Source of the DNA: the human T2T-CHM13v2.0 reference genome, Homo sapiens
DNA length: 64,000 nucleotides
Reading direction: 5' to 3' (one strand)
NCBI RefSeq assembly: GCF_009914755.1
Contig: NC_060928.1
This document shows, in pieces, positions 1-16,699 of the stretch. The notes under the pieces are model-generated. The model saw nothing but the letters and a program-made list of their open reading frames with translations, searched no databases and had not been told where the DNA came from. Made by a program: the position numbers and the translations under genes. The first letter of the stretch is position 1. Every line of letters starts with the position of its first letter.

Positions 1-269
1 AATGGGAAAGAGCTTGACACTTTAGAGAAGAGTAGGGAGGCCAGAATGTAGACAGCAAGGGTGGAGTGGCTCAAAGTAGACTAGAGAGGGAAAAAATAAC
101 CAGAGTATGGAACACCTTATAATGCAAAGCTTGAGGATTTAAAAAAATGGTTTGGAGTGTTATGATTGGAGGTGATCAAAGGTAAAAGTCAGAAGTTCCA
201 CCAGTTCGGAGGCCACTGTAGAATCCAGAGAGATGATGATGGGCCTGGGTGGCCTGCCATGACCTTATC

Positions 270-500
270 ATGATGTCATTATGGTGGGAGTGGGTTGTTA
301 TAAAATGAGTCCAGCCCTGGTGCCTCTCTTTCATGTTCAGCCCTCCCACCATGTTATGCTATGCTGCATCAAGAAAGACTCACCAGATGCCACAGCCATG
401 CACTTGGATGCCCCAGCCTCCAGAGCTATGAGAAATAAATTCTTTATAAATTACCCAGTCTCAGGTATTCTATTATAGCAACATAAAATGAACTAAGACA
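270..500 (+). mobile_element. MaLR LTR fragment (MST family)
   Basis: MST-type 3' end: cagcctccagagctatgagaaataaattc...aattacccagtctcaggtattc...actaagaca. Confidence 0.75.
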
Positions 501-518
501 GACTTGGAAAAGAATTCA

Positions 519-935
<417 letters not shown>

Positions 936-2414
936 TCATAGCAAGTGGGCCTAAAAGATAGGCTGTAACAATTGCAGTCTATTGGCTTAGATCCCCTCCT
1001 TTCTGCAGTTTTTGAGAAGGCACAGCCTCTATGATGCTCATTCTGTACATTCACAGTGGCCTGAATCCCCCTCTTTCAATTGACATGTTCTTTGGACTTT
1101 CGAAGACATTTCATGTAACCAGGGACTACTTTTACTGATTTAAGGGCCATCCTGCCTCTTTAAGGTGGATTTACATAACTCCTCCCTGATTGGTTTAAAG
1201 GTTGAGTTAAAACTCTCTGAGAGTAGCTTTATTTCTCCTTCCAAGTTTTGGGGGATATTTCCTGAACTTCCATACAATATTACACACATCTCTATCAAAG
1301 TAAGGTTGAAGGAGATTCCGATTCATATACGCACATGCTAGAATGAATCTTCTAGTTCCATTCCAGATAACATTCACAATCCAAAATATTTCTCTTCTAA
1401 CTTTTCTTAGCATCTATGAGACTAAGTACATACAAGGAATACCCAGTAACGAGCAAAAGGGGTACTTGGGTTTACTAAATATTTTAACAGACAACTTATT
1501 CCTCAACACCTCTAGTCCCTTCCCTTGAAAATAAACACATCAGTAAAACTCCACCACTTCTATTCCCCTCTATCACACTGTCACCACCATGAAAATTAGC
1601 TGAAAGCACTCCTCAAGGATTGAGAGACGGCCAGGCCACCTATGTTTTTAAAGTCTCTTGGTATAATAAGTGATAAAAAAGAGAGGATGCCAAAAACAGG
1701 GTTACAAGAAGTGTGGTATATTTAAAAGATACCACAGTTAACAAATTAATGGACGCACCCACAGAACACAGCACACAGTTGTACTGTTCACAAGATAATT
1801 ACAGCCCTTTATAAAAAGTAGCTGATAGCATGCTTCAGTAGATAGTGAGCCCTGTAATGAGACACAAGTTGTAGATGAATATATTTTTCTTTTAATCCAG
1901 TCAGTGTTTCTTTGTGACTGTGTATAGAACTTCATGTGGAGATAAAGTAAAACATTCAAGTTTGAGACTCTTCTTGAATGTAAGCTTATGTCAAATGTCG
2001 CACTGGTGGATCCACCTCCCCCACACCCCCCGCCCCCCGCCCCCGCTCCATTCTGATGGTCGTGCATTTAACTAGAAATTGATGGAAATCAGTGTTAGTA
2101 ACTGAGGGCCTTAGAATATTATCAGTCTCGGCATCCTCTCCCAGCATGATTAGGGGACAAAAGCCCGTATAGAGATTGTGTCCAGGAACCTCTGGGCACA
2201 AGCTCTTTACAGATTGCCTCTGGGGTCTGAGGGGCGCCCTAACTAGATTAGAAACTGACATGTTCTACCCCAGGGCCTCCGCGAACGACAGCAGGCGAGA
2301 ATCCTTGCTCTGGACACGGGGAACAGGGTCAGCATCTCGTCTCCTATCTCCACCGACCTGTCTCTGGCTTTTCTTAGTCCCCAGATGCGCCCAGAAGGTC
2401 CTGGAGAGTGGTGC

Positions 2415-2430
2415 GTCCCCTTGGCAACCG
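2415..2430 (+). promoter_or_regulatory. Candidate RFX X-box overlapping a MYB-type motif
   Basis: GTCCCCTTGGCAAC resembles X-box GTTGCCATGGCAAC; CAACCG fits YAACNG. Confidence 0.45.
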
Positions 2431-2472
2431 TACAACGCGCAGGAAGGCGGAGTGAGATGAGGCTGAGTCCGG

Positions 2473-3239
<767 letters not shown>

Positions 3240-5672
3240 TGAGCACCCACGCCCCATCTAGAACCGGGGGTCCTAAGGTGGAGGTTTGCATGCAAGAGCT
3301 TGCCATATTGAAAAGAACTCGTGTCATTTACCTGTTGCTTCGCAGTCATCAGCCCTTGCGTTTCAAGGGACTCAGATGGGAAACTGACACCCTGATAATG
3401 AGAGAAGCTGAATCTCTTGTCTTCCACTGCTATCTAATGAGCTATTGTTACCTCCTTTTGAAGCCCTTCTTCATTCGCCTCTACAGTTAGTCATTGCATC
3501 CCTCTGGGTTGCACTTTGAATGTTACCCTTATTAGAGCACTTAAGATCTTGTATTTCACCATTCATCTTTCTCTTTAACTAAAGAGAGTGATCCTTGAAG
3601 GGAGGATATTTTCGTCAGTGTTTGGCATATGGTCACATGTGGAAACAAAGCATTCATTGAGCAAGTATTCAAAGAGTATGCATCTACAAAGTGCTCACGA
3701 TATGCTCAGTCCTCACCACCTTCACAAGGTAACAGAGCAGATGGGACTTGGTTATAAACATCCTTGCTCTGACCCCACTCGCTCATTTATGACCCCTCAC
3801 TAATGACCCAACCCAAAGCAATTATTTGTCCTCATTGGACCGCCAATCTTTTGGGAAACCAATTTTTATCTTATGTTCTCACTGACTGCTCCTTATCCAG
3901 CCTCGATTCCATGGTCTGCCATTGCAGTTGCTCCCTTATGTCTTCCACCATTCCATTGGCTCTCTGGTTATCCATCATACTTCTGACAAAACCTCAACCC
4001 TGATTAAACCCAGCCGTCCATCTACTCGCTTCCTACACCTCAGCAGTTGACTCTTGCTGTGCAAAATTGCACAGTCATACTGTCTGGTTTATTTCAATTT
4101 CATTTCAACTGGTCACTTGGCACTGCCTGGCAAGCTCACTTTATTCCCTTAGTAAGTTGGTTTTCCCAGTCTCTGAAGATGACTAACTGCCTTACTCTCC
4201 TCTAAACTTCACACCTTTGACCCCCCCACCCAGCTGAAGACTTTGCCCCATTCTTTATCGAGAAAATAGAAGTGATCAATCATGAAATCCCTTATTTTCT
4301 TACAATGGATCTATTGCTTTACCCGCATCTGTACCCATGAATTCTGCCTTTTCTCATATTTCAGGGAAGAATTGTGCCTTTTTTTTTAATGAAAAGCAAA
4401 ATCCTTCACTTATGCTTTAGATACCACTCTCATTTCCTGAAGAACTTTCTTCCTGCAGTTATCCTCTCTCTTCTACAGCATCAATTTCTCCCTAATTAAT
4501 CAGTACCATCATACACATATTCTAGAATCTTCCATCTTGAAATAACTCTTGACCCCATGTCATTTTCAGACTCTCCCCTTCCACCAGCATCACCCCCATT
4601 TCTCTGTTGTTCTTCATTGCAGAACTTGTCAAAAGAGTTGTCTATACTCACTGACTCAATTTCTTCACCTCTCATTCTCAACACATTTGGTTAGGCTTCT
4701 TTCCTCTACTCTCCCAAAACTGCTCTAGTTTACTGCTTTTCTCTCTGCCGCCACTCCTATCATCATGCATGGAGATTTCATATCCACTTGGATGATCCAT
4801 TTGGCTTCTCAGTTCTCTGATCTCCTCACTTGGAAAGATCTTGTCCTTCACCCCATCGTAGGCACCCACTATCAAAGCCATTGTTAACTGCTCTACCATT
4901 TCCAGACTATTTCAAGCACTCTAATCTCTAACCATGTCTTAGCTTTCCAGCTCACTCCTCCATGAACCCCCCTATCAAATTTTCAGCTTAAGGGACTTCA
5001 AATCCATTGATCCTATGAACTTTTCATTATATATCACTATCTTATGTCCTGCTGTCTCTCCTCACCTTATATTCCATGGACCAACAATGGAATTACTCCC
5101 TTGATTCTCTCTCCCTCTGTCATTCTTGCCTTGTTAAATCGAACCCTTGCCTGCACTTGGAATAACAGATAATGGCAAGAGAAAGGCAAACAACTATGCC
5201 AACTATGATAACTGACCTTTAAATCCATGCCCCTGAACTTCAAGTGGGCTCTCAGTGCTGCTTGCCAGTCATACTGTATTTCCACAGTCAATTTATTTTC
5301 CAGCTGTCCCAGAAATTATGGTGAGTGCTCTCATTCCTCAACCTTATGCATCCTTTCCTCCTCGCTCTTAGCTGATGATTTCACTTTTTTCTTCACTGAG
5401 AATAGAAGAAATTCTGAAAGATCTACATATCTTTCCACCATGAAATCTACCAAAATACCAGCATCTATACATATGTACTCTACATTTTTTCCTGTTAATA
5501 ATGGATGAAATGTCCTTGCTCTTATTAAAGGCCTTTCCCTCAATCTATATGTTGGATTTCAATCCCATCTAACTTCTTTAAGCTCTTTGCTCCTAAAATT
5601 AGCCTCTCTCTCCTGCATCATTGTATTCCTCCTCTGCTGGATCATTCCCATCAGCATACAAACATGTGCAAT

Positions 5673-5985
5673 GGACCGGATGCGGTGCCTCAAATCTGTA
5701 ATCCCAGCACTTTGAGAGGCCGAGGTGGAAGGATCACTTGAGGCTGGAATTCAAAATCAGCCTGAGCAACATAGTGAGACCTCCTTTCTACAAAAAAAAA
5801 AAAAAAATTATTAACCACGCATGGTGGCACATACCTGTAGCCCCAGTTACTGGTAGACTGAGGCAGGAGCATCACCTCAGACTCAGCAGTTTGAGGCAAC
5901 AGTGAGGTATGATCATGCCACTGTACTCCAGCCTGGGCAGCAGAACAAGACTCTGTCTCAAGAACAAAAACAAAAACTAAAACCA
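5673..5985 (+). mobile_element. Alu (AluJ-like)
   Basis: Diverged dimeric Alu. Confidence 0.93.
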
Positions 5986-6652
5986 ACTAACCAAACAACA
6001 ACAACGACAACAGCAAAATGCACAATAACTCTTATCTTTAAGAAACCCCAAACCTTCCTTGAACCCCATGTGTCCGTCCAGGTACCATGATTTCTTTGCT
6101 CTGCTTTAGAGGAAAAATTTCTCAATTGAATTGCCTGCAAGTCATCATATCCATGTCCTCTTTCCCCCTTTTTCCCCCTTCTCTAGAGAACCACTTACAT
6201 TTTCATCCCCTCCACTTAGCTGCAGTGGCTTTTGTTGAGGTCACAATGATCGCTGCCTTGTGAAATTCAATGGCTAATTCTTCATCTTCATCTTACTCAT
6301 TTGACACATTAACCTCTTATTTTCTTAGAAGTCTTCTTTACTTGACTTCTGGGATGCCTCTACCTCTGTTGTCCTACCTCACTGATTGTTCTTTAGTCAG
6401 TTTCCTTTGCTGAATCCTCCTCTTCCCAGCCTTTAGGTTGAAGTGACCAATGGCTTAGTCCTCTCAGATTCATTCTTCTAGAACTTTCCTTATTCCCTGG
6501 GTGAGGTCATCAGTTCCATGGCCTTAACTATATTCTGGTAACTTCCCAAATTATCTCTAGCCTCAGTTTTTCCCCTAAACTCAAGTTTTATAACCAGTCA
6601 TTGATTTATCGTCCCCGCTTGAATATCAATTTGGCATGTAAAACATAAGGTG

Positions 6653-6972
<320 letters not shown>

Positions 6973-7236
6973 CCATAATGTGCCCACCAATGAAGTCTTC
7001 CTGCAGCACCCATATGTGCTCTTCCCTCATTGTTTCCCATTTCAGCAAATGGCACCACCATTTATTTATCCAGGTGCCTAAAAACCTTAGCATCATTCTT
7101 GACGCCTGTTTTTCTCTTACACTCAGACTTTAAGCCATTAGCAAATTGTAACTTTGAGCTATATCCTGACTATGGCCATTTCTTAACATTTAAAATGTCA
7201 TCATCTTTGTAAGCCACTATCATCTCTTGCCTGGTC

Positions 7237-7695
7237 TAAGGGAGGAGACCACCACGCATATTGTCTTATGCCCAATTTCTGCCTCCAAAGAAAGAAGTAA
7301 AAACTAAAAGGCAGAAATGAAATCCACAGGCAGACAGCCCAGCGCCACACCCTGGGCCTGGTCGTTAAAGATCGACCCCTGACCTAATTGGTTATGTTAT
7401 CTATAGATTACATACATTGTATGGAAAAGCACTGTGAAAATCCCTGTCCTGTTCTGTTCTGTTCTAATTACTGGTGCATGCAGCCCCCAGTGACGTACCC
7501 CCTGCTTGCTCAATCGATCATGACCCTCTCATGCAGACCCCCTTAGAGTTGTAAGCCCTTAAGAGGGACAGGAATTGCTCACTCGGGGAGCTCAGTTTTT
7601 GAGACATGAGTCTTGCTGATGCTCCCAGCCGAATAAAGCCCTTCCTTCTTTAACTCGGTGTCTGAGGGGTTTTGTCTGTGCCTCGTCCTGCTACA
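7237..7695 (+). mobile_element. Solo LTR2 (HERV-E/Harlequin, ERV1)
   Basis: Starts TAAGGGAGGAGACCACC...ATATTGTCTTATGCCC, ends GTCCTGCTACA; AATAAA at 7632; 4-bp TSD GGTC (7233-7236, 7696-7699). Confidence 0.9.
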
Positions 7696-7861
7696 GGTCC
7701 ACTGCAGTAGCCTCCAGCTGGGTTCTTGTCTTGCACCATCCCCGGTTCATTATACCTACACTGGTCACAGAAGTCCCTTAGAACATAAATTATATGCAGT
7801 TCTCTTGCTCTCAACCCTCCAGAATGGGTTCTCACCTCAGGCAGGGTTCTCACCTCTAAGG

Positions 7862-8190
7862 CAGGGATCCCCAACCTTTTTGGCACCAGGGACGGGTTTC
7901 GTGGAAGACAGTTTTTTCAAGGGGTGGGGGGAACTGTTCCACTTCAGATCAATCTATCAATCATTAGTTAGATTCTCATAAGGACCCAGCAAGCTAGATC
8001 CCTCACATGCGCACGCGCAGTTCACGATAGGGTTTGTTTCTGTGAGAATGTAATGCCACCACTGATCTGACAGGAGGCGGAGTTGAGGCTGTAATGCCTG
8101 CTCCCCTGCCACTCACCTCCTGCTGTGTAGCCTGGCTCCTAACAGGCCACAGACAAAACCAGTCCACAGCCCGGGGGTTGGGAACCCCTG
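7862..8190. mobile_element. MER1B-like hAT-Charlie non-autonomous DNA transposon
   Basis: TIRs CAGGGATCCCCAACC / GGTTGGGAACCCCTG; 8-bp TSD ctctaagg / ctctaaag. Confidence 0.88.
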
Positions 8191-8757
8191 CTCTAAAGTC
8201 CTTAGCAGGCCTACAAGGCCCCACTTGATCTGAGCCTGTCACTAACCTCACCTTGAACTTGACCTGATATGTCCATGACATCATGTCCTACTACTCCCCT
8301 GTCGGTTTTTGCTCTGCAGGCACATGGGCATCCTTGCTCTGAGCTCAGGATCATTTCACTTGCTTTCTCCTCTGCCAGGGCACTCTTGTTTCAAATAACT
8401 TGTCATCTCCTTTTCATGGGGTACCAAAAACAGCATTATTGGCCTGCTCATTTTCTTTGAGACACTTATGGGGCTGCATGATATATCTATTTGTTTACTC
8501 TTTTACGTTAAGCTCTTATGGAGGCAGGACCTTTGTCTTTCATCCTTAGTGCCTCAAGCTTGCCTGGAACAAGTCAGGAATTAATTGTTGTTGAATGAAA
8601 GATCTCTTCATTTGACCGCTGTGTTACCAAATCCAATGGTTTCTTCTCTATCGTTAGCATTGTCAAAAAGATTCAAAGAGTTAATACCCATAAAGGTCTT
8701 AGAACAGATGTGGTACATTGTAAGTGCTCAGTAGATGTTAGCTAGTAGTAGTAGTAG

Positions 8758-9078
<321 letters not shown>

Positions 9079-9696
9079 TAGTATTATTATCTCATTAAAC
9101 CTCTAGGCAGCATCTAACACAACTGGCTACTCCCTTCTCGTGGCCTCTGTGACACCATAGTCTCCTAGTTTAGCATCCACCTGACTGTTTCTCCTTCTCA
9201 GGCTCCTTTGCTGAACCCTCTCTGAATTCTTGAATTCTTGCGGGCTCTGTCCTGACTCCTTTAAAAAATATTTACACTTTTACCCCTAGGTGGTCATAAC
9301 CACACTCACTCAAGAGTTTAGCATTTCTATGCTGCTGCCTTCTAAATTTTTATATTCTCTCTCTTCTCTGAGTCTGACACTTACATATTCAACTGCCTCC
9401 TGGACATCTCCATTTGCATGTATCATATGTTTCTCAAATTGACTATACTTTTTCAAACAGAAGTCTTGATTTCCCTTCCAGCCTTGTTCTTCCTTCAGTC
9501 TCCCCCATCTAAGAAAATATCTTGAAGTTACTCAAGCTAAAGAAAATCTATTCTTCTTGCCTCACCTTCAAGTACAATGCACCCAATGAAAGTTCTATCA
9601 GTTTTATCTCAAGAATATTTCCTGAATTTATTAATTTCTGCTGCTAACACACTCACTCCAGTTGTCCAGTTGTGGTCACTTCTCACCTGGATTTCT

Positions 9697-10000
<304 letters not shown>

Positions 10001-10534
10001 TCACCTGGATTTCTACATGAGTTTCCTGACAAGTCTGCCTGTGTCTACTCTTGTCCCCTGCAGCCCTATGGCTACCGCAGCCAGAGTGGGTATTTTAAAA
10101 ATGAATCAGATCATGTCTTTCCCTTATAGTCCTTCCTGTGGCATCTCATTGCTCTTACAATAAATCCAAGCTTCCTGCAGCAGTGTGTAGAGCTCCACGG
10201 GGTCTCTGACATCCCCTATCACTCGCCCTCATGCTCACTTGGTCTCAGTCATACTGGCTTCCTTTCTGTTCCTCCAAAAGGTGAACCCCTATACTTGCCT
10301 GCTTCAGAGTCTGCATCTGTGGTTCTCTCTACCTGGCATGCCTATTTTTTTCCCAGGATTCTCTCATGGCTAATTTCTATTACTGGGTCTCAGCCTGTTT
10401 TTAAGAGGTGGGAAAGCTAATCTTTTGTAGGGCTTTTCCTGTCCATGCTACCTAAAGCAGCCTTCCTGAAGTCACATGGTCATGAGACTTTCTCTAAAAA
10501 GTTTTCAGACTTTGCTTTAGAAAACATTATTTTA

Positions 10535-10839
<305 letters not shown>

Positions 10840-11401
10840 TTAAAGCCTTCTACCTTCTCAATTTGTCTTCTAGATTTTCCTTGTCAATTCCAGTAAGTCT
10901 TTACATTAATTCCTTTAGTAAAGCTCAACAAACACTAAGTATATTTATATAATATTTACAAAAAGTGGTGTAAACATTGGGCAATAATTAGCACATCCCC
11001 GTGCCTCTACTCACTCAATAAGATTTTTCTTCATCCAACATTTATTGAGCGACTACTAAGTCACTCTTCTGTGTCCTATGGAGTGCAAAGATGACTAAGA
11101 CATGGCATTTTGGTTGTGTGCCAAATTTAAAAAATTTATAGAGTCGGTTCTATTATTCTATCACCTAACAATAGTATCATCACCTAATCATCACTGTTAT
11201 TGCTGAACTTTATTGAGCGCATACTATGTTTATGGTGTAGGTAGTGAGCTGTAGATGAATAAGACATGGATTCCTTCCTTGAAGAACTATTTCTGTGGTT
11301 GGGGAGGCTGAATATATCTACAACAATAACACATCCACAGCATACAAAGTAAAATGTACTGGAGTATCCTACAGGACAAGCACTTCATTTTTCTGAGTTA
11401 A

Positions 11402-11728
<327 letters not shown>

Positions 11729-12267
11729 TTAATGTAGTGTTTTCTAAAGCAGAGTCTGAAAACTTTTTAGAGAGAGTCTCATGACCATGCTACTTCAGGA
11801 AGGCCCTGACTTCTCTCCCTAAAGTAGGCACCCTCTCCTTCTGCCTTACCAGCCACATCACACTGATTTATTTCCTTCCCAGCGCTTACCACTATCTGAA
11901 GTTATTTACTTGCTTGTTGTCTGTCTTTCTACCTGAAAGGTAAGCTGCATGACCTTGGACAGGGATTTAAGTTTCTTTATCCTTCTCTATTCCAAAGCTT
12001 AAAATGAATGGGTAAAGTCAGCATAAAAGTCATTCATATGGCCATTCCTGAACACTTTCTAGATTCACTCAAGAGTTACTGAGCTCATATTAATAGTAGC
12101 TTATGTTCATTGAGTGTTTTAAATATTTAATGTAATCTCATTTTATCCTTAAGACAACCCTTTGAAGTAAGTACTATTTGCATCCCCATTTTACAGATGA
12201 AGAATGTGAGACTTGGCATGTTGTCTCCATGCATATAGTGGAGGACCGGCATTCAAAGCCATATCAT

Positions 12268-12699
<432 letters not shown>

Positions 12700-13859
12700 T
12701 CAGTTCGTCCAAAGCCTGTGAACTACTGACGAGATAGGTCAGGCCCCTTAAATGGAAGAAAAGAAGCACCGCTGCTATTTTCTCTGGAAGAGTGGGCTGG
12801 GGAACATTTTGGGGACAGAAAGTGATACTGGAATTGTACTACAGGAAAATCAGCCAATGAGGATGGATTGGATGTGTCAACTCCTCCCTACTGTCCCCAA
12901 AGAAATGTCAATGTTTGAACACTGCTGTGCCCAGGAGTCATGGCTCCAGTTGCATCCTGGGGATTTCAATTGGAGCATACATTTAGTAGAAGAGGAAACT
13001 TGGTTCTGTTGCGAAGAGCACTGGACTAGGAGTTAGGAAACTTGTGATTTACTTTCGGTTACGTCATAGCTGTGTGTCTGTTTCCTTTCTAGTGAAATGA
13101 AGTGGCTAGACTGGCCAATCACTATGAACAAATGTTGAGAGTCTATATTTTAATATAACTGCTTAATTTGATATAACAAGATATTGCCAAAGTGCAATTA
13201 CTGTATATTCTTGAATATAACGACATTTAAATGTTTTTGCCAATTTGAATATATAAACTTTAAAAAATAGAGCTAAAATAGACAAATGTTTATAATTGTA
13301 TTACAAAAATTTAAATTAAAAAATAAAAGTAACATATTAAAATAAATGGTATAATTTAGAAATATTTATTCCTAATGTCAGATTTCATGGAAAACAGTTT
13401 TATTAATTTTTTCACTTGCATATTTGACATCACTAGAGTCATTTTTTGAGTAATTTAATACACTTTTTAAGGGCACATTGTTTTTATTTCTAAGTTATTT
13501 GAGATAGAAAAACGTAAAATATTTTTTTATTATGGAAATTTCTTAACATACACAAAATAGAGTATGTTATAATAAACCCCTATGTACCCATTACGTAGTT
13601 TCAATAATTAACACTGTTTTTGAATATTGTTTCATCTAGGCACCCCCCAATCCTAATTTTTGGGCATCCTGTAGGACAAATTTGTTTTAAAGAAACTGCC
13701 AGATACCATGTCATTTTACCCATAAATACCTCAGTATGCATCTCTAATTGCTAAGGATTTTTAAAAAGCCACATAATTATCATGTCATAATTACACCAAA
13801 CAAAATTTACAATTATTCTTTCTTTCTTTCTTTTTTCTATAGAGATGGAGTCTTCCTAG

Positions 13860-13979
<120 letters not shown>

Positions 13980-14083
13980 TAAATACATGTTTCCCTAATT
14001 GTCTCAAAAACATATTTTTACAGTTGATTTGTTCAAATTAGGACTTAAACAAGAGCCTCACATTGCATTTGGGAGTTAGGTCT

Positions 14084-14540
14084 TGAAGGAAACCAAAATA
14101 CTGATGAATGTTAAGTAAAAGACAATGAAAACGCAGAGGAATGATCTGCCTCAGGCTCTGTTTGCCTGGCGGCGGGGACATCAACCCTTCCTTACTGGAG
14201 AAGGCACTAGCAGGCAACAGAGAAATCTGGGAACAGATTTTACTATCTTCCCACATTTTCCTGACTTTAAAAAGACCACAACTGCTTTCTCCTTTCTCTG
14301 GCCACTGTATAGCATGTATGGCTCTTTGTTAAAATTCTATTTAAGCAAAGCCCCCAAACCACTGCGTTGAGAGAGAAATACTTTTGAACTGAGACCTCTC
14401 CTGCATGATGGGTATGGCTCATGTTCATAAACTTCTGCTTGTTTTTCTTTTGTTAATTTACCTTTTTTTTTTTTTTAGGAGAGTGTCTCAACTAAGATCT
14501 TAAAAAGGGGAAGAAAATAACTTATGTTTTCTCCCCTACA
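14084..14540 (+). mobile_element. Solo ERV1-class LTR (MER34/MER39-like)
   Basis: TG...CA termini (TGAAGGAAACCAAAATA...CTCCCCTACA); 4-bp TSD GTCT on both sides. Confidence 0.75.
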
Positions 14541-15107
14541 GTCTGTTTGTCTCTGTTATTCTTCATCAATAGACCTTGTCCTCTCTCCCTTTTAGAAACA
14601 CCATTTATTTGTCAGGAAAATTCGGTAAAATATCCCATATTGCAGATTAAGAGGCTTGCTTCAACTCAGAATAAATTATTTTTGGCAAGGTTCTTTGATA
14701 GGTGGTGCTGAACGTGCTCTTCCTCTAGCATCACACTTTGAGTAAGGCGCATCCTCTGGCTCTCCCACTTGTGGGGAATGTAAGATTGATGAGTGGGTTC
14801 AGGTGAGGTCAGCCCTGATCCCTCAACGTTAGTTCCAATCCACCTTTCACCAGATGGTTTCAACAACCAGTCTTGTTCACTGCCTAGATACCATTATTTT
14901 ATTAGATTCTATTATTTTGTTAGGAGTAAGACAGGGTCCCTTTGAACCTGTGTTTGATGTTGTCACTGGAAATTATCACGAGCCATCAGAACCCATTCAT
15001 GTCATGTAAAAGTAGGAACTTAAAAAAAAAAATTCATCCTGTACGTGTACTTTTACCTTTACAATACAATCACTATGTGGTTTATTGCGTTTTGTGTTTA
15101 TGTTTTG

Positions 15108-15390
15108 CTTTTTTTTTTTTGAGACGGAGTCTCCAGGCTGGAGTGCAGGGGTGCGATCTTGGCTCACTGAAAGCTCCGCCTCCCGGGTTCACGCCATTCT
15201 CCTGCCTCAGCCTCCCGAGTAGCTGGGACTACAGGCGCCCGCCACCACACCAGGCTAATATTTTGTATTTTTAGTAGAGACGGAGTTTCACCGTGTTAGC
15301 CAGGATGGTCTCGACCTCCTGCCCTCGTGATCTGCCCACCTTGGCCTCCCAAAGTGCTCGGATTACAGACGTGAGCCACCGCGCCCAGCC
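15108..15390 (-). mobile_element. Alu (AluY-like)
   Basis: Reverse Alu, TSD atgttttgcttttt. Confidence 0.95.
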
Positions 15391-15418
15391 ATGTTTTGCT
15401 TTTTAAAATAAAGTTTAG

Positions 15419-15724
15419 GGCTGGGCATGGTGGCTCACACCTGTAATCCCAGCACTTTGAGAGGCAGAGGCTGGTGGTCAGTTGAGGCCAGGAGTTTGAG
15501 ACCAGCCTGGCCAACATGGCAAAACCCCTTCTATACTAAAAATACAAAGATTTGCCAGGTGTCGTGGTGTGCACCAGTAGTCCCAGCTACTTGGCAGGCT
15601 GAGGCACAAGAATCACTTGAACCCGGGAGGCAGAGGTTGCAGTGAGCCAATTGCGCCACTGCACTCCAGCCTGGGTGACAGAGTGAGATTCTGTCTCAAA
15701 TAAATAAATAAATAAATAAAATAA
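15419..15724 (+). mobile_element. Alu (AluS/J) with (AAAT)n tail
   Basis: Dimeric Alu. Confidence 0.95.
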
Positions 15725-15882
15725 TGTTTAAAGCTTTAGAACAACACCTAGCATTTAGGATTATGAGATTATATTCCCAAGAATAATTACTAAATCTGTT
15801 TTGAATTTCTTATTCCTTTCCTTCGCTTAACCTATTAATTTTGGTAGGGAGAACTCTGTACTTTTCCCATTCTAGCATATAT

Positions 15883-15900
15883 TGAGAGAGAGAGAGAGAG

Positions 15901-15938
<38 letters not shown>

Positions 15939-15978
15939 AGAGAGAGAGAGAGAGAGAGTGTGTGTGTGTGTGTGTGTA

Positions 15979-16014
<36 letters not shown>
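15883..16014. repeat. Compound (GA)n/(GT)n microsatellite forming the tail of a minus-strand Alu
   Basis: (GA)n(GT)nATGT unit twice, then (GA)n. Confidence 0.95.
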
Positions 16015-16020
<6 letters not shown>

Positions 16021-16296
16021 TCTCGCTCTCTTGCCCAGGCTGGAGTGCTATGGCCCTACCTAGGCTCACTGCAACAACCTCTGCTTCCTGGGCTCAAGTG
16101 ATTCTCGTGCCTCAGCCTCCCGAGTAGCTGGGATTACAGGTGTGAGCCACCACGCCCGGCTAATATTTGTATTTTTTGTAGAGATGGAATTTCACCATGT
16201 TGGCCAGGCTGGTCTCGAACTCCTGAGCTCAAGTGATCCGCCCGCCTTGGCCTCCCAAAGTGCTGGGATTACAGGTGTGAACCACCGTGCCCGGCC
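16005..16296 (-). mobile_element. Alu (AluS/J)
   Basis: Reverse Alu. Confidence 0.95.
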
Positions 16297-16699
16297 CCAA
16301 TACGTTTTCCTTGCCCAGTTCTTTGTTGAGAAAATAAAGCAATTGAGAAAGCACCTCTTAAGATGGGTTCTTTTAAGAGCTTGCATATACGGTAACCTTT
16401 ACTGAAGAATAATTTTTTGGGGAAAATCATGCCTCATACTCAGTCATTTATAGTACTTCACTGGAAACTATTTTTTTTAACTTAGTTTCATGCAACACAA
16501 ATCAGGAATAAACTTTGAAGAGGCGAAAAAACGTAAAAAAAATAGGGTTCTATTTGGCTTTCCACCAACGTTTTATAATTATGTTGCTCCTTGTATAACA
16601 CCAGTTAAGACCTCATCCGAGAGATTTTTTTTTTTAAATTTCAACTTGTGTCGCAGTTCGAGTTGCTGGGCTCCGCTAGGCCGAGCCCCGCAGCCCTCC

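Noticed and set aside
16625-16680. Acceptor-like poly-T...cgcag just upstream of the fossil (possible THEGL-SPEF1-like fusion exon)
   Set aside because: Splicing from exon 1 (phase 1) hits TAG within 8 codons; no chimeric protein is supported.
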